A stretch of 64,000 bases of DNA from Octopus vulgaris. Taxonomy: Eukaryota. A program made the translations under genes and the position numbers. Of this stretch, positions 1-11,879 are shown in pieces. The notes under the pieces were generated by a model. That model was not told where the DNA came from and searched no databases. It worked only from the letters and a program-made list of their open reading frames with translations. The DNA lies in the NCBI GenBank assembly GCA_951406725.2, contig OX597819.1, positions 18,352,001 to 18,416,000 on the forward strand, written 5' to 3'. The stretch's first letter is position 1; each line of letters opens with the position of its first letter.

Positions 1-28
1 GACTACGAAGATGACTCATTAGTCCAGC

Positions 29-29
<1 letters not shown>

Positions 30-60
<31 letters not shown>

Positions 61-92
61 CATACATACATACATACATACATACATACATA
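30..92. repeat. (TACA)n microsatellite
   Basis: Perfect TACA run. Confidence 0.95.
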
Positions 93-186
93 ACCTGTTG
101 TAGATGCTGAAATTCCGTTGAGGAGGCTTGGAAACCGGCTCTTACTCTGTTGGCAAATACATCTTGAAATAAAACTGAATAATGGC
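93..186 (+). mobile_element. 3' end fragment of the (TACA)n-associated non-LTR family
   Basis: CCTGTTG..GAAACCGGCTCTT..TTGGCAA..ATCTTGAAATAAAACTGAATAAT aligns by eye with 26304-26407 and 51504-51590; flanked by TACA repeats. Confidence 0.7.
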
Positions 187-299
187 ACGCATACATACTT
201 GCATACATACAAACATACATATGCACACACTTCTATAAAAAAGCTAAGAATAATAGCAATAATAATAATATTAACAACGACAGCAACAATAATAACAAT

Positions 300-450
300 A
301 ATCCTGTCTACTATAAGCACAAGGTCTGAAATGTTGGAGCAGGAGCCAGTCACTTATATCGACCCTATTACTCATATGGTAATCATTTTATCGATCTCGA
401 AATGATGAAAGGCAAAGTCGAGCTCAGAGCGTAAAGATGGATGGAATCCC
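300..450 (-). mobile_element. Degenerate SINE type B (Meta-domain-like)
   Basis: TTTTATCGATCTCGAAATGATGAAAGGCAAAGTCGA is the reverse complement of the core seen at 12510-12550. Confidence 0.7.
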
Positions 451-601
451 GTTACTAATAATAACATAATCAACACTATCCTCTCCTTCTTCCTCCTACT
501 TGTGCTCCGCAACGTCAAATTCTTGTTCTTCATCTTCTGCTCCTCCATCTTCGGTTTCTAATTTCTCTTTATGTAGTTTTCTTACCATTAATAGCATTAT
601 C

Positions 602-637
<36 letters not shown>

Positions 638-998
638 GCTTTTGCATAGCTTCTAACACTGGAGATGTATTACAATGTCAGCTGTTCACTACTGGTAAAC
701 AGAGGTAACACCTCTTATTTTTCGAGCACCTTCTGGTGCATTCGAGCGGTTCCAAGCAGTGCTGTTTTATGCAAGTGCTCCACCATTATTACAGCCCCTA
801 TTCGTTCCATGTACTTCTCAAGATTTTTACTCGCTGTTCCCAGGGCTCCGGCAATTGTTGGTACTATTACCACCATTTTCATCGACCACAACTGCTTAAC
901 TTCCCAAGCTAACCTGTCATATCTCTCGAGTTTTCTTGCTTCCTTATCGCATAAATTGTTGTCAGCTGGGCTTGCTTTATTTATGATCCAGCATAGAT
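638..998 (-). mobile_element. 5'-truncated R4/Dong-like non-LTR retrotransposon (RLE C-terminus and 3'UTR)
   Basis: Minus strand reads NLCWIINKASPADNNLCDKEARKLERYDRLAWEVKQLWSMKMVVIVPTIAGALGTASKNLEKYMERIG..LHKTALLGTARMHQKVLEK*, the typical restriction-like endonuclease tail; flanked by (TAA)n on both sides. Confidence 0.85.
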
Positions 999-1034
999 TC
1001 TTCTTCTTCTTCTCCTTCTTCTTCTTCCTACTAC

Positions 1035-1109
<75 letters not shown>

Positions 1110-1995
1110 TATTATTATTATTAATGTTGGTGTTATTGATAATATAATTTTAAGAACAGTTTTTGCTTGTTTGTGTTGTTATTATTGTCGATGTTACAAT
1201 TACGTAAACGGAACCTGGCGATGTCATTCTACTAAAATAAAATTCCGAATTCTCATTTAAGATGAAGTTCTCAGAACTGAAATCGAAAGGTGTATTCATT
1301 AAATTAATGATATTTATAAAACTTTTCCAGTTTTTCAATCTTTGGAATTCCTTTAAAGTTCTTGCAGAAGGTGAACTGTACGGTTGATGTGCCAATTGGT
1401 TGGTTAGGAATTATTGAAATATTTGGAATTTTAAACGAAATGGAAGAATGTAGATATTTTAGTAATGGTCACAATGATGTTGAAATCCGAACAAAGATAG
1501 ATAGAGAGAGAGAGAAAGCGACAGAGAGAGAGAGAATTCAGAATTTTTTGATATAGAGAGACTTCATAAGGTCACTAGAATAGAAAGTTTTGAATGACAG
1601 TTTTAAATGAATACAGAAAAAATAATCGGAAGCAAATTGTTGATGAAATGAATAATTAGAAGAAAATAAATGAAAAAAACATAATAAGGTGCAGGGTTGA
1701 GAAGTCACCCATTGTATATTCAGTAGGATTATCATATTGATTTTGCGTGAAACATAGTTTAAAACTGCAAATAGTCTCGTAATATATATTTACTAAAATT
1801 AGGTTTATCCGAAAAATGTTTAAAATACAAGCAAATTCGTAATCAAAATAACAAGGGAAAATAGAAATAGATTCTTTTAAAAAATGATGAAACAGCATAA
1901 AAACTCATTTGATCCAAATACAGTGGTGACGTCATTATGAGCGTCATGCTCATAGGAAACAACCTTTGCCACGTTAGTGACGTAAGAACGTATCT

Positions 1996-2088
1996 TTATA
2001 ATAATTGTTAATTACAGGTATTCTATTATAATAATTGCTAATTACATGTGTTCTTTTATAATAATTGCTAATTACAGGTATTCTTTTA
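1996..2088. repeat. 30-bp tandem repeat, 3 copies
   Basis: ATAATTGYTAATTACAKGTRTTCTWTTATA with period 30 at 2001, 2031 and 2061. Confidence 0.9.
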
Positions 2089-2727
2089 TTAGTTCATAAT
2101 TATAAGGATAATTTAGTATCATGTATTAAGTTACTGATATAAGTTTAACATTAAAGCATGTAAGGCTAACGAATATTTAATACGTATGGAGTGCTTTAAG
2201 TATTTAACATTTGGATTATGAAATAGTGTAATTCACTCAAAATTAGTTAAGTTCAATCGAGTTTCTTTTGTTTTGTAGAGAATAGAATATAAAAGATTTC
2301 ACTTATATATTAATAACTATGGAATACTGGTGGGGATATTATCTGTATGGATTTCAAGGGCTTGTTCCCTATTTAGTTAGGTAATTGAGGAGATAGTTAT
2401 TAGTTTACTGATTGAATTTATTTACCAGTACTGTTGTACCAGGGGATATGTGTTGCTTTGTTGTAGTTTAATTAATAATGTTCCTGTTTAATTCTTACCT
2501 GAAATAAGATTAAATGAAGGTGGTGATATCTAAGGTATGCTTGTTCCGAAACAACGCTTATTTTAGTGCTGTTTACACCACCGGATTAAGTGGTACTGCC
2601 CAGGTGTCGAAACCATAATGATATCTGTGCAGCAGCTGATGATGGAAGGTGTGTTGGATTGTTCGTATGACAAATATTGTATGTGCAGAATAGTCTTATA
2701 ACATATCCATTTGATATATACATCCAA

Positions 2728-2901
2728 ATAATCAAAATAAGCCACAAGGATATCCAAGGTAGTGTAGCACAATCGTTTCATGCTACTTCATTTAATTAAA
2801 CATTGTAAACATTACATCAGTTTTAAAATGTTCATTTTTATACTTATTCCACTTGCCAACATTACACTACCTTGGATATCCTTGTTGCTTATTTTGATTA
2901 T
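2728..2901. repeat. 39-bp inverted repeat with 96-bp spacer
   Basis: ATAATCAAAATAAGCCACAAGGATATCCAAGGTAGTGTA (2728-2766) versus its reverse complement at 2863-2901, one mismatch. Confidence 0.9.
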
Positions 2902-2982
2902 AATCACCCCATTTGATTTATATTGATAATACCATACCAAATTCTTAAGTACCATATTCATCTGAACCTAAATTTTGCTGAA

Positions 2983-3052
<70 letters not shown>

Positions 3053-3624
3053 GTTAGACATGGCCTGGACCAATCTCTGGTCGAAACATATCTAAGTTTT
3101 ATCTAAGTTTTATATATGGATGTATCTGGGGTTAAAAAACTAACACGTGTCCCAGTAATTACTTTGGATCTATTTTAAGAATAGCAGATCATTTGCTGAT
3201 AGAGACGATACTGATTCTGAAGTAAACGTTATGTTTCTCTCATGATTTCTTTTGCTATTATCAAATTCGTTTCGACGAACGGTCTTGTTGGACAAGTATA
3301 TAAACTGAAATGTGCCAAATAAGTTTCCGCTTCGAGAGAGCTGGGCAACCAATTTGACATTTTCTGTCTCTCCAGCCAATTATTTTTTTAAAGTGAAATA
3401 ACGATTTCTTATGGTTGGCCACCTGATACTGACCTATCTGTCCCAATTCCCTTTTATAATTAGTTACTGATTTGAAGATAGAACTAATATCGCAAATTGT
3501 TTTCTGTTGTTTTCTTTGACGTTGGTGTTATTAATAAATTAACCCAATAACGTTTGAATGGACTTTTAACTAAAAATCAATATTCTCACTATGAACAATG
3601 TGTAGGTTATGCTGCATTTGATCT

Positions 3625-3810
3625 TTTCTCTTTCACTCGTTTAAATCATTGGACTGCAGCTATAACGGAGTACAGCTTTGGAATGTTTAGTCACACAAAT
3701 CGATCCCGTTACGTAATTTTGTAAAGTCTGGTACAAAATTTATCGGCGCTTTTTGCCGAACGGAAAAACCAACACTGATTGGTAAGCGGTGGTGCAGCCA
3801 AACACAAACG
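3625..3810 (-). mobile_element. Diverged 3' half of SINE type A
   Basis: TCATT-GACTGCAGC..CAAATCGATCCC..TTTTGCCGAAC resembles the reverse complement of the type A 3' half. Confidence 0.6.
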
Positions 3811-3811
3811 C

Positions 3812-4078
<267 letters not shown>

Positions 4079-4428
4079 GATAAACATTTTCGAAAAAATT
4101 TTATCAATGGTCAGCATATTAAAATATATAGCTGCCAGCAGACGGCTGCAAGAATCGAACACGTACTCCTCAGATACACTTTTGTCCGCCTCATAAACGT
4201 ATAATGCTCAATACTTCTGCTGTTTTCATTTATACTGCGTGCCAAATTTGTTTTTCTTCTATAATATATATACACAAACACACGCTTATGAAGATCATCT
4301 TACACTTTAGTCTGTCCGGGAATATACTTACTAGAGTTGGTGGAACTGAACTCGGAGCTATGTGGTTGACAAGCAAACGTCTTACCACAGAACTATGCCT
4401 GCACAGTATTTTTGGTGTGAAATAACTT

Positions 4429-4726
4429 GTTGCTGCTGCTCTTTGTTCCTTGTGGAGCCACGCCTGGCTCATTAGGGCCGGTTTACCGGTTTCTTTGGCG
4501 TATAGTTTCTCCACCTGGACGGGTCGCCGGTCCGTCGCAGATGCAGGAGGTAAGAGTGAAAGTTATGGCGAAAGAGTCAGCAGAAGTTCGCCATTACCTT
4601 CTGCCGGAGCCCGTTCGAGCTTAAGTGTTTCGCACATAAACACACACATTGCCCGATCTGAGATTCGAATCCGCGGTCCCACGACCGCGAGTTCGCTGCT
4701 CTAACGACTAGGCCATGTACCTCCAC
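4429..4726 (-). mobile_element. tRNA-derived SINE type C1, full length with TSD
   Basis: Head GTGGAGGTACATGGCCTAGTCGTTAGAGC (A box) and GGATTCGAATC (B box); tail ends in (GCA)n; TSD GTGAAATAACTT 4417-4428 / GTGAAATAGCTT 4727-4738. Confidence 0.85.
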
Positions 4727-4859
4727 GTGAAATAGCTTAATCCAGTGATATTAGAATATATTTGTTGTAAAGAGTTAATGTTTTTAGATTTACTATCAGA
4801 AGGGCACGAAATGTCAAAAAACAAACTAAAAACGAAGAGATGAACATAGAAGTTACGTA

Positions 4860-5756
4860 TTGGGTCATCTCATAAATAATGCGGCTTTTCTATACTTTTA
4901 TTCTTCAAAATTAAGATAAACATAGTTCTTTATTAATTTCAAATATACTCTTCTTCGTTTTCTAAAATGTTCTTCTATCTATGTGGTAGACTTGCAATGC
5001 CACTCTTACAAAATTCACTTGTCCGTGACGAAAGATATTCCTCCACTTACTGTTCTGATCTCATCTGCACAATTTTCCCGTCCAAATGATTTTGGAGATT
5101 TTGGGGTAATGTCCGGCGAATATGGTGGGTGGGGCATCGTTTCTCATTCAAACTGCTCCACTCTTTGGAATATCATCCTCGTTGTATGTGGCCGAGCATT
5201 AGACTGGGAATGTTTGTAAGGAATGCATTGAGTCGATTTGCTGAGTTTACTGATGGAGTGCAGGCGTCGATGAATGGTTGATTAAACAAATCCAATCTTC
5301 TCTGCTTGTTCGGCAACATTTAGAATGGTATCTTTTTCAACAGAGTTTAAAGGACGTCCTCGTCGAGTTCTACAGGTATTCCAGGACGAGGATCGTCTTC
5401 TAGGCTACAGTTTCCTGCAAGGAATTTCTAGAACCACTGTTCACACTGGCTTACGCTTATTGTCCGATCCCCATATACTGCATTAATATTCCTCGTATTT
5501 TCCGTTGTGTTTTTTGTCTTTACTGAACTCATAAGGCAACAAATGCCGAATATGCTCCTTTGCCACATCCATTATATCTCTGAAAATATAACAGTTAAAA
5601 TCGAACTGCACTCTTCAAAACTTGCACTAAGAATAAGGACAAGGTAAAATTATTACCTGCTTTTATAGCAAGTTGATGCAGGTAGTTTATCCCGTCCTCT
5701 TCCGACATTTAGTTCACGCGATAGAAAAAAAACGCATTATTTATGGGATGACGCAA
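4860..5756 (-). mobile_element. Internally deleted mariner (Tc1/mariner) DNA transposon
   Basis: 24-bp TIRs TTGGGTCATCTCATAAATAATGCG / CGCATTATTTATGGGATGACGCAA (22/24), TA on both sides; broken transposase from ATG at 5572 (MDVAKEHIRHLLPYEF..) and PHPPYSPDI motif near 5110-5135. Confidence 0.9.
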
Positions 5757-6983
5757 TAGATTCGTTCGAAAGTGGATTTTGTTTCTGGAGATGATCGTCA
5801 AAAATAATGATCACATGTGCTAAGCTCAATTTCTATACACTTTTCGAGACAGTTTCTCTTTCCCTTGAGACTTCGCAGCTTGATATTAGCAAATTTTAGA
5901 TATCAGATGTCACTTAACTGTCACGTACAAGTGACAATTGAATGATTGTACTTGGCGATATGAAATACTACAATATAATCGTTTTGTTATACCTACATTT
6001 ACATATGCGTGTGTGTTCACAAATAGAGAAACCATTACACAGACACACACACGCATATATATATTAATATATATATACAGAGGAAGAGAGAGAGAGAGAG
6101 AGAGAGAAATGTATGTGCGTGTATGCGTGTGTTTGTGTGTACAAACACAAATACCGGTTTAGAATCCCTGTGATGGGAATCAAGAATCTTTCCATCACTT
6201 TTTATCTTTCCAGATAGGATGTATTTGATAAGTAAAACGTTCGTTTTTTAAGACCGAAGGGAATGATTTGATGGAGACCGATCTATATTTCGAAAGACTA
6301 CGTCGACAACATCGAAGCTCAGAGAGTCTCCTACCGATTTATTTCGTGATGAGTTCTTCTCTCTTTTTGTCCCTTCTCCTCTGTCTTCCTCTCTCTTTGT
6401 ATCCCAAATTGCTTGCTTAATTTACTAAAATTAGATAATATCTATAACAACTTCAATTATATTTATTACGTATGTACTTAATCAATTATCCAAAGATTCA
6501 TTGCTGATGTCTATTCAAATTTTTGTCTCTTCGTCCGTTAATCTCTTTCAATCACTGCCTCACTCTCTCTCTCTCTGATTCTCTCCCTGTCAATCCCTCT
6601 CTCTCCCTCTCTCTTTATATTTATTTATTTATCTATCGATCGATCGATAAGTATATCACAATCTGTCGGTTTCACGTATTCTGACGAGTGGATCTCCGTC
6701 GTTCAACGATGAGGATTTAGATTTTTACTCAGATAGGCGTAGGAGGGGCTGTGTGGTAAGTAGCTTGCTTAACCTTCGTCGAAGTCAGACGTGTTTTTTT
6801 GGCGGTGAGTCACACGTGTTATCGCACGCGGATATTTTTTCTGCTGTTGAACGTTTAGTGTTAAATATTTTTGTGAACTTTGTGGAATTTTGTGCTTCTT
6901 CCCGGTGACGGGAAAAAGTAATTGTTGTAAGACTGAAGTAAGTAATATTGAATTTATTAATATTGTTGATGTTGAACTTGTTA

Positions 6984-7330
6984 AAGCCGTTGTAGGCTTT
7001 ATTGTCTCCCCCAACCGGCGGGGGTGGCATTTGAACTGTTATCCTTATTAAGAGGAAAAAAATATCATAGGCTTCCCGTTTTTGAGATAGCAAATTGTTG
7101 TTGTGAAAAAATTAAATTTTAGCCATTGTAGGCTCTATTGTAGCATCGGCCCGTAGCACGGGCGAGATTTGAACTGTTGTCGTCGTTGTGAGGAAAAAAT
7201 ATAGGTTTCCCTTTTGGGGGATTTCGTTGTTGTGTAAAAAATTAATTTCGAATCATCGTCGACTTTGTTGCTACGTCTCGCCCCCCAGCGGGGGTGGCAT
7301 TTGAACTTTGGACTGCGGATATAAAAATTA
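6984..7330 (+). repeat. About 2.5 diverged ~130-bp monomers in the LINE 5'UTR
   Basis: AGCCRTTGTAGGCTYTATTGT..ATTTGAACTGTT..GAGGAAAAAA..TAGG.TTCCC..AAAAAATTAA repeats at ~6985, ~7121 and partially ~7251. Confidence 0.75.
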
Positions 7331-7500
7331 ATAATTTTTGTCCTCTACGGAGGACCTTTTCTAAAGGTCTCCCAGTTTTGTGGGAAGCCAATTTCTCTTC
7401 AACCTTGTCGGATGAAATAATACATGAAAAATCTGCTCTTGTAGAGAGCAATGTTGATGTTGGCAATTGCGCCAACACTGTGAAAAAATTTTCGGCAGAC

Positions 7501-8124
7501 ATGTTGCAGGGATATTTTAAAAGGATGAAGGAAGAGGGAGGTAATGTTGTGATATCACCCTCCTCCACCATGTTAGAAACAGAGAAGAGGACCGTGGTGT
7601 ATAAAACCTTCTGCACACAAGACAAAAGGTTTAAGTACTTCGTAAAAGAAACTATAGAAAAATGCCTGGCCCCGATATGGAGGGATATAGTGTATATCTC
7701 GAGGGGACGGGCATACGGTTCCGTTGAGGTCCAATTCCCAGAGGAAGAGGTGGCTCGCAGGCATTCCGTGTGTCCCCTGAAGACCAAAGAAGTGGTACTT
7801 CTGCCAACTTATATGGGACGAAGAACATCCCGTGTAAGAATCAACGAAGTCCCACCTACAGTAGACCCTAAAGAAGTGGTGGCCGCCCTGCTGTTTAATA
7901 GAACGGACCGTATAAGCATACCACAAACTACAAGTTCTGCCCCACAGAATTGGTTTGGGCGGAACATCACTGTTTTAATACAAGGAAAACAGGAGGACAT
8001 TCAGGTCCTACCAGAGAGAGTGCTCGTTGGGACAAGCCGATACCGTCCAATAACGTCGTGGGGCGTTGGACGGAAGGTCCTGTTAAGCTGCTCGGAGTCT
8101 GGTTCGGGCCAGACCTCCAGATAG
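7501..8124 (+). CDS. Truncated ORF1 (putative RNA-binding/gag-like protein) of the Tx1-like element
   Basis: Longest non-repetitive ORF (open from 7294, first ATG 7501); position upstream of the ORF2 remnant; RRM-like pattern (RTVVYK..GSVEVQFPEEEVA..RVRINEVPP). The last ~28 codons run out of frame into ORF2 sequence. Confidence 0.6.
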   Translation: MLQGYFKRMKEEGGNVVISPSSTMLETEKRTVVYKTFCTQDKRFKYFVKETIEKCLAPIWRDIVYISRGRAYGSVEVQFPEEEVARRHSVCPLKTKEVVLLPTYMGRRTSRVRINEVPPTVDPKEVVAALLFNRTDRISIPQTTSSAPQNWFGRNITVLIQGKQEDIQVLPERVLVGTSRYRPITSWGVGRKVLLSCSESGSGQTSR

Positions 8125-9241
8125 AGAAAAATTGGAGTGAGGTTGCCGGCAGGGTGACCGCTCTAACCCAGATCTGGTCTGGACGGGCGTTATCCATGCT
8201 AGGGAGGGCGGGGGTGGTGCAGATGTTCATAGCATCAGTAGTCACCTACCGACTGACCGTGGTGCCTTGACCCGATTTGTGGCTGAACAAGTTGGAGAGA
8301 ATCCTTTTCCACTTTTTGTGGAAAGGAGGAAAGCCACTTGTAAAGCGCTCTGTCTGCTGCCAGAAACCGCTACAGGGTGGGCCAGAGATACCTTGGCTGA
8401 AGATGCGAAAATTCGCGTTAAGGTTGAGGCACCTCTGGCTTTACTTGGATGGAGAACAGGTGTGGTCACCGCACGTTCGGTTCTAACTTCTGCGATTAAC
8501 GTCCTTAACGGACATTGGTAATTGGATCAAGCAGAGACTTAGGCTGGGGGACTGGCAATTGGAGTGCCGTCAGGCACTTCAGCTACTCTCTCAGGCGGGC
8601 AATGCCGGCAACAAGAGTCCCACCGCGGATTTCTATAGCGGGTTAGTGGAGGTTAAGTCCGAAGACGCCTTGGGGGAGACCCTGGGCTACGTTGAAAATC
8701 CGTTGATCAACCTGTTCCGGAGACCGTTTGGACCGGGGTATCTGGATAATTACCAGAAATCCCTGGCCTGCCAGTGTTTCCGTGCGGAGTTACCTGTTCG
8801 CAAGAAGCTGTCAAGGCACGGAAGTGCCGTCTTGCTGACATGTCCGCGATGTGAGCAGGATAGGGAAACCGTCTTGCACGCATTCGTGGAGTGCCCGGAG
8901 TTATCGAGACTGATTGCTTTTGCCGAACAACTGTTGTCAGTGAATGGAAGAGTACAGCTATCAGCGGAGTCTATCATTGAGTTGTGCCCCCTCCCTTCCT
9001 CAGCAGGGAAAGGATGGCTTGTTTTTCTTGCGTAGTAGCCATACTGAAAGAAACAGTATGGAAGACGCGTACGAAAAGTATAGTGACAGGTACCTTTGTA
9101 TCCGGCCAGGGTTTGGTTAACTCATTTAGTTACCACCTCGGTAGTAAGATCAGGCTGGAGAAGAGGTGTCTGTCACGAGATATGTTTGTGAAAAGATGGA
9201 AGTCTGTAGCTTGCAAGCTGGGTATATTTGGCACCAGGTAA
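8040..9241 (+). pseudogene. ORF2 C-terminal remnant (RT thumb region and CCHC zinc motif)
   Basis: VKLLGVWF..NW..WSGRALSMLGRA..FLWKG..GG..P and CPRCEQDRETVLHAFVECP, typical of L1/Tx1 ORF2; stops and frameshifts; endonuclease and RT core absent. Confidence 0.85.
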
Positions 9242-10063
9242 GTGTGGCCGGATCAAGAAGTAAAGGTTCTACCCAGATGGCTGGGTTCCTTGCCCTATTG
9301 TATAATATTTAATTTGTAAACTTTATATTGTAAATATTGTACACATTATATTGTAAATACTAAAACGTTTTAAGCTACTACACCCTATATGTTTGTCTGT
9401 ATTTGTATGTCCCCTCTATGTAACGCCTTTTTGGCGAATTTTCATGAAATAAAGTAGTTTGCTTACCAACCACATGGTTCCGGGTTCAGTCCCACCTTGG
9501 GCAAGTGTCTTCTATTGTAGCCTCGAGCCTTGTGAGTGGATTTGGTAGACGTAAACTGAAAAAATGCCTGTCGTATATATGTATATATGTATGTGTATGT
9601 ATATGCTTGTGTGTCTGTGTTTGTCACCCCAACATCGCTTGACAACCGATGCTGGGGTGTTTACGTTCCCGTAACATAGCGGTTCGGCAAAAGAGGGCGA
9701 TAGAATAAGTACTAGGCTTACAAAGAATAAGTCGTGGGGTCGATTTGCTCAAATGGCTGAAGCAAGTAAAAGAGTAAAATGAAACCGCTGCACTGAAATT
9801 AAAGATAGATGTGGCTAAGGCTTACGCAAGCACATATTTGCACAGCAGAATCAACAAGTCTGTGTGCATATGAAAATGTCGCACATTTTGAATTACACAT
9901 ACAATGTAGTCTACACATTCTCACTCTCAAAGTGTAGGTCGACCGAAGTGCATGATCCTGTCAGCTGTACAAGATACCAACAATTCATCCAGCCATTTAT
10001 ATATGCGTGCGTTGGTGCGTTGTAAGTGTGTATGTATATATACGTACATATACTTCTATACCT

Positions 10064-10129
<66 letters not shown>

Positions 10130-10774
10130 GACGCATATATTCAACAATTTGCATCAGTTTACCATTTTTACCTTAGAGAAGAGTTACTTCACAACATATC
10201 TCAGCGTAATATTTCGACAAAATGTATAATTGTTTCCAAGCGACAACAAAATACTCTAATGACACAAAGTGCCGCAAGAAAAATATTACCAATCATAAAA
10301 TTCAAAATAACAATATTATTCCGTCACAAATATCTACAGCGGTAAAATATATTGCTTTTCTGCTTCAAGTACTTCATCAGATTTGCAAAAAGAGAAAAGA
10401 GCCAAAAATCCCCATGATGGTGGATGCACCACACAGTCGATCATATGTCTGTAGACAGGCATAAAACAATCAGGCTCACAATCGTAGAGGGAAAATGAGG
10501 GTCGGAAAAATCAGAAGAAAAATGTCCAGAACAGTAATAGATAAAAATTAAGATATTTAATAACACAGAAAATGTTGTATTTCCTTTAGTGAATATATTG
10601 AAGAATTAAAAGCAGTTCAAATGTATTTTGAAACCATTTTATAGAGAAAAAAGTACTTTCGAAGCTAAATATGTAATTCTCTGTTAAACAAATTGATAAT
10701 TTAATGCTTGCAACATTCTAATATACATACTTAAATACATACGTTTGTACATACACACACACGTATACGTATGT

Positions 10775-10994
<220 letters not shown>

Positions 10995-10998
<4 letters not shown>

Positions 10999-11530
10999 CA
11001 TTCCTAGTGGTTTGAAATTTTTTGATGAGACACACTTCAAAAACGTACAAACCCAAAACATCTTCTCATGAGAACCCTCTTATGTCAATGTATTTGTAAC
11101 GTTTCAGTCACATTGTGAAGCCCCACTGAAGGCCACCGAAGTGAAGATATCCAGGACTCTTGTCACATCCTCTTTCACTTTCTCAATGTCTTAAAAACGA
11201 CTGTGGTGGAGGTTCTCCTTAAAAGCTTGTGAAACAAGTTAAAGGCAGAGAGGATAGGAGGTCTGTAGGTGGTAGGCAGGGTGGCGAACAGTTGTTATGA
11301 TTTCTCTCGAGTAGTTTCTTACCAAGATCGAACCTTTTTCTGGTGAATTGTCCTGGTACATGAACTAATGATCCGAATGGTTGAAAGCAGGCCCATTGCA
11401 ACGAAATTTCTTCCTGAAGTCTCTCAGAACCTCTACGATGTACGCTTTGATAACTGTCCAGCCACAAGGAACCCAGTGTATGTAAATAATGACCATGCTG
11501 TCGATAAAGAGGATACCCAAGAACTTTAGG
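10995..11530 (-). mobile_element. Degenerate mariner transposase 3' fragment
   Basis: Minus frames give IIYTHWVPCGWTVIKAYIVEVLRDFRKKFR..YQDNSP..TTVRHPAY and VKEDVTRVLDIFT, matching the mariner DDD domain layout. Confidence 0.65.
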
Positions 11531-11707
11531 GTGAACTTTTCGTCGTCCTGAAACCGAGAAATGATCGGAATTTTGTCAGCGAACAGGTCGCCTTTTCAAA
11601 GCGACGAAAATAATTTGACAGATAAAAATTTAAATATTGAAGGTTTTTTTTTGTGTGTTTTTAAAAGGCTTCTTAACACCTTCCACACACAAACACACAC
11701 ACACATG

Positions 11708-11791
<84 letters not shown>

Positions 11792-11879
11792 AAGAAGAAA
11801 ATAGAAGGAAATGCATTTTCGATACAGAATAAGAAGTTGGCGCTCAGTAAGTAGAGCAAAAGGAATATAGATTTAATGT

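Larger units (their letters stand above)
6772..9451 (+). mobile_element. Internally deleted Tx1/L1-clade non-LTR retrotransposon, 2.7 kb
   Basis: TSD AAGTAGCTTGCTTA 6758-6771 / AAGTAGTTTGCTTA 9452-9465; 5'UTR, ORF1-like frame, ORF2 C-terminal remnant, terminal AATAAA at 9448-9453. Confidence 0.9.
6736..9780 (+). mobile_element. SINE type A split by a LINE insertion (6736-6771 plus 9452-9780)
   Basis: GGCGTAGGAGGGGCTGTGTGGTAAGTAGCTTGCTTA continues after the insertion as CCAACCACATGGTTCCGGGTTCAGTCCC, as in the intact copies at 30224 and 31405. Confidence 0.9.

Noticed and set aside
1996-2088. 30-bp periodicity resembling a CRISPR array
   Set aside because: Units are contiguous with no unique spacers; eukaryotic context, no cas genes
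6681-6705. CTGACGAGTGGATCTCCG hammerhead-like start
   Set aside because: No GAAA half of the core follows
7242-7787. 181-aa antisense ORF in the LINE
   Set aside because: Shadow of ORF1 with no recognisable motif
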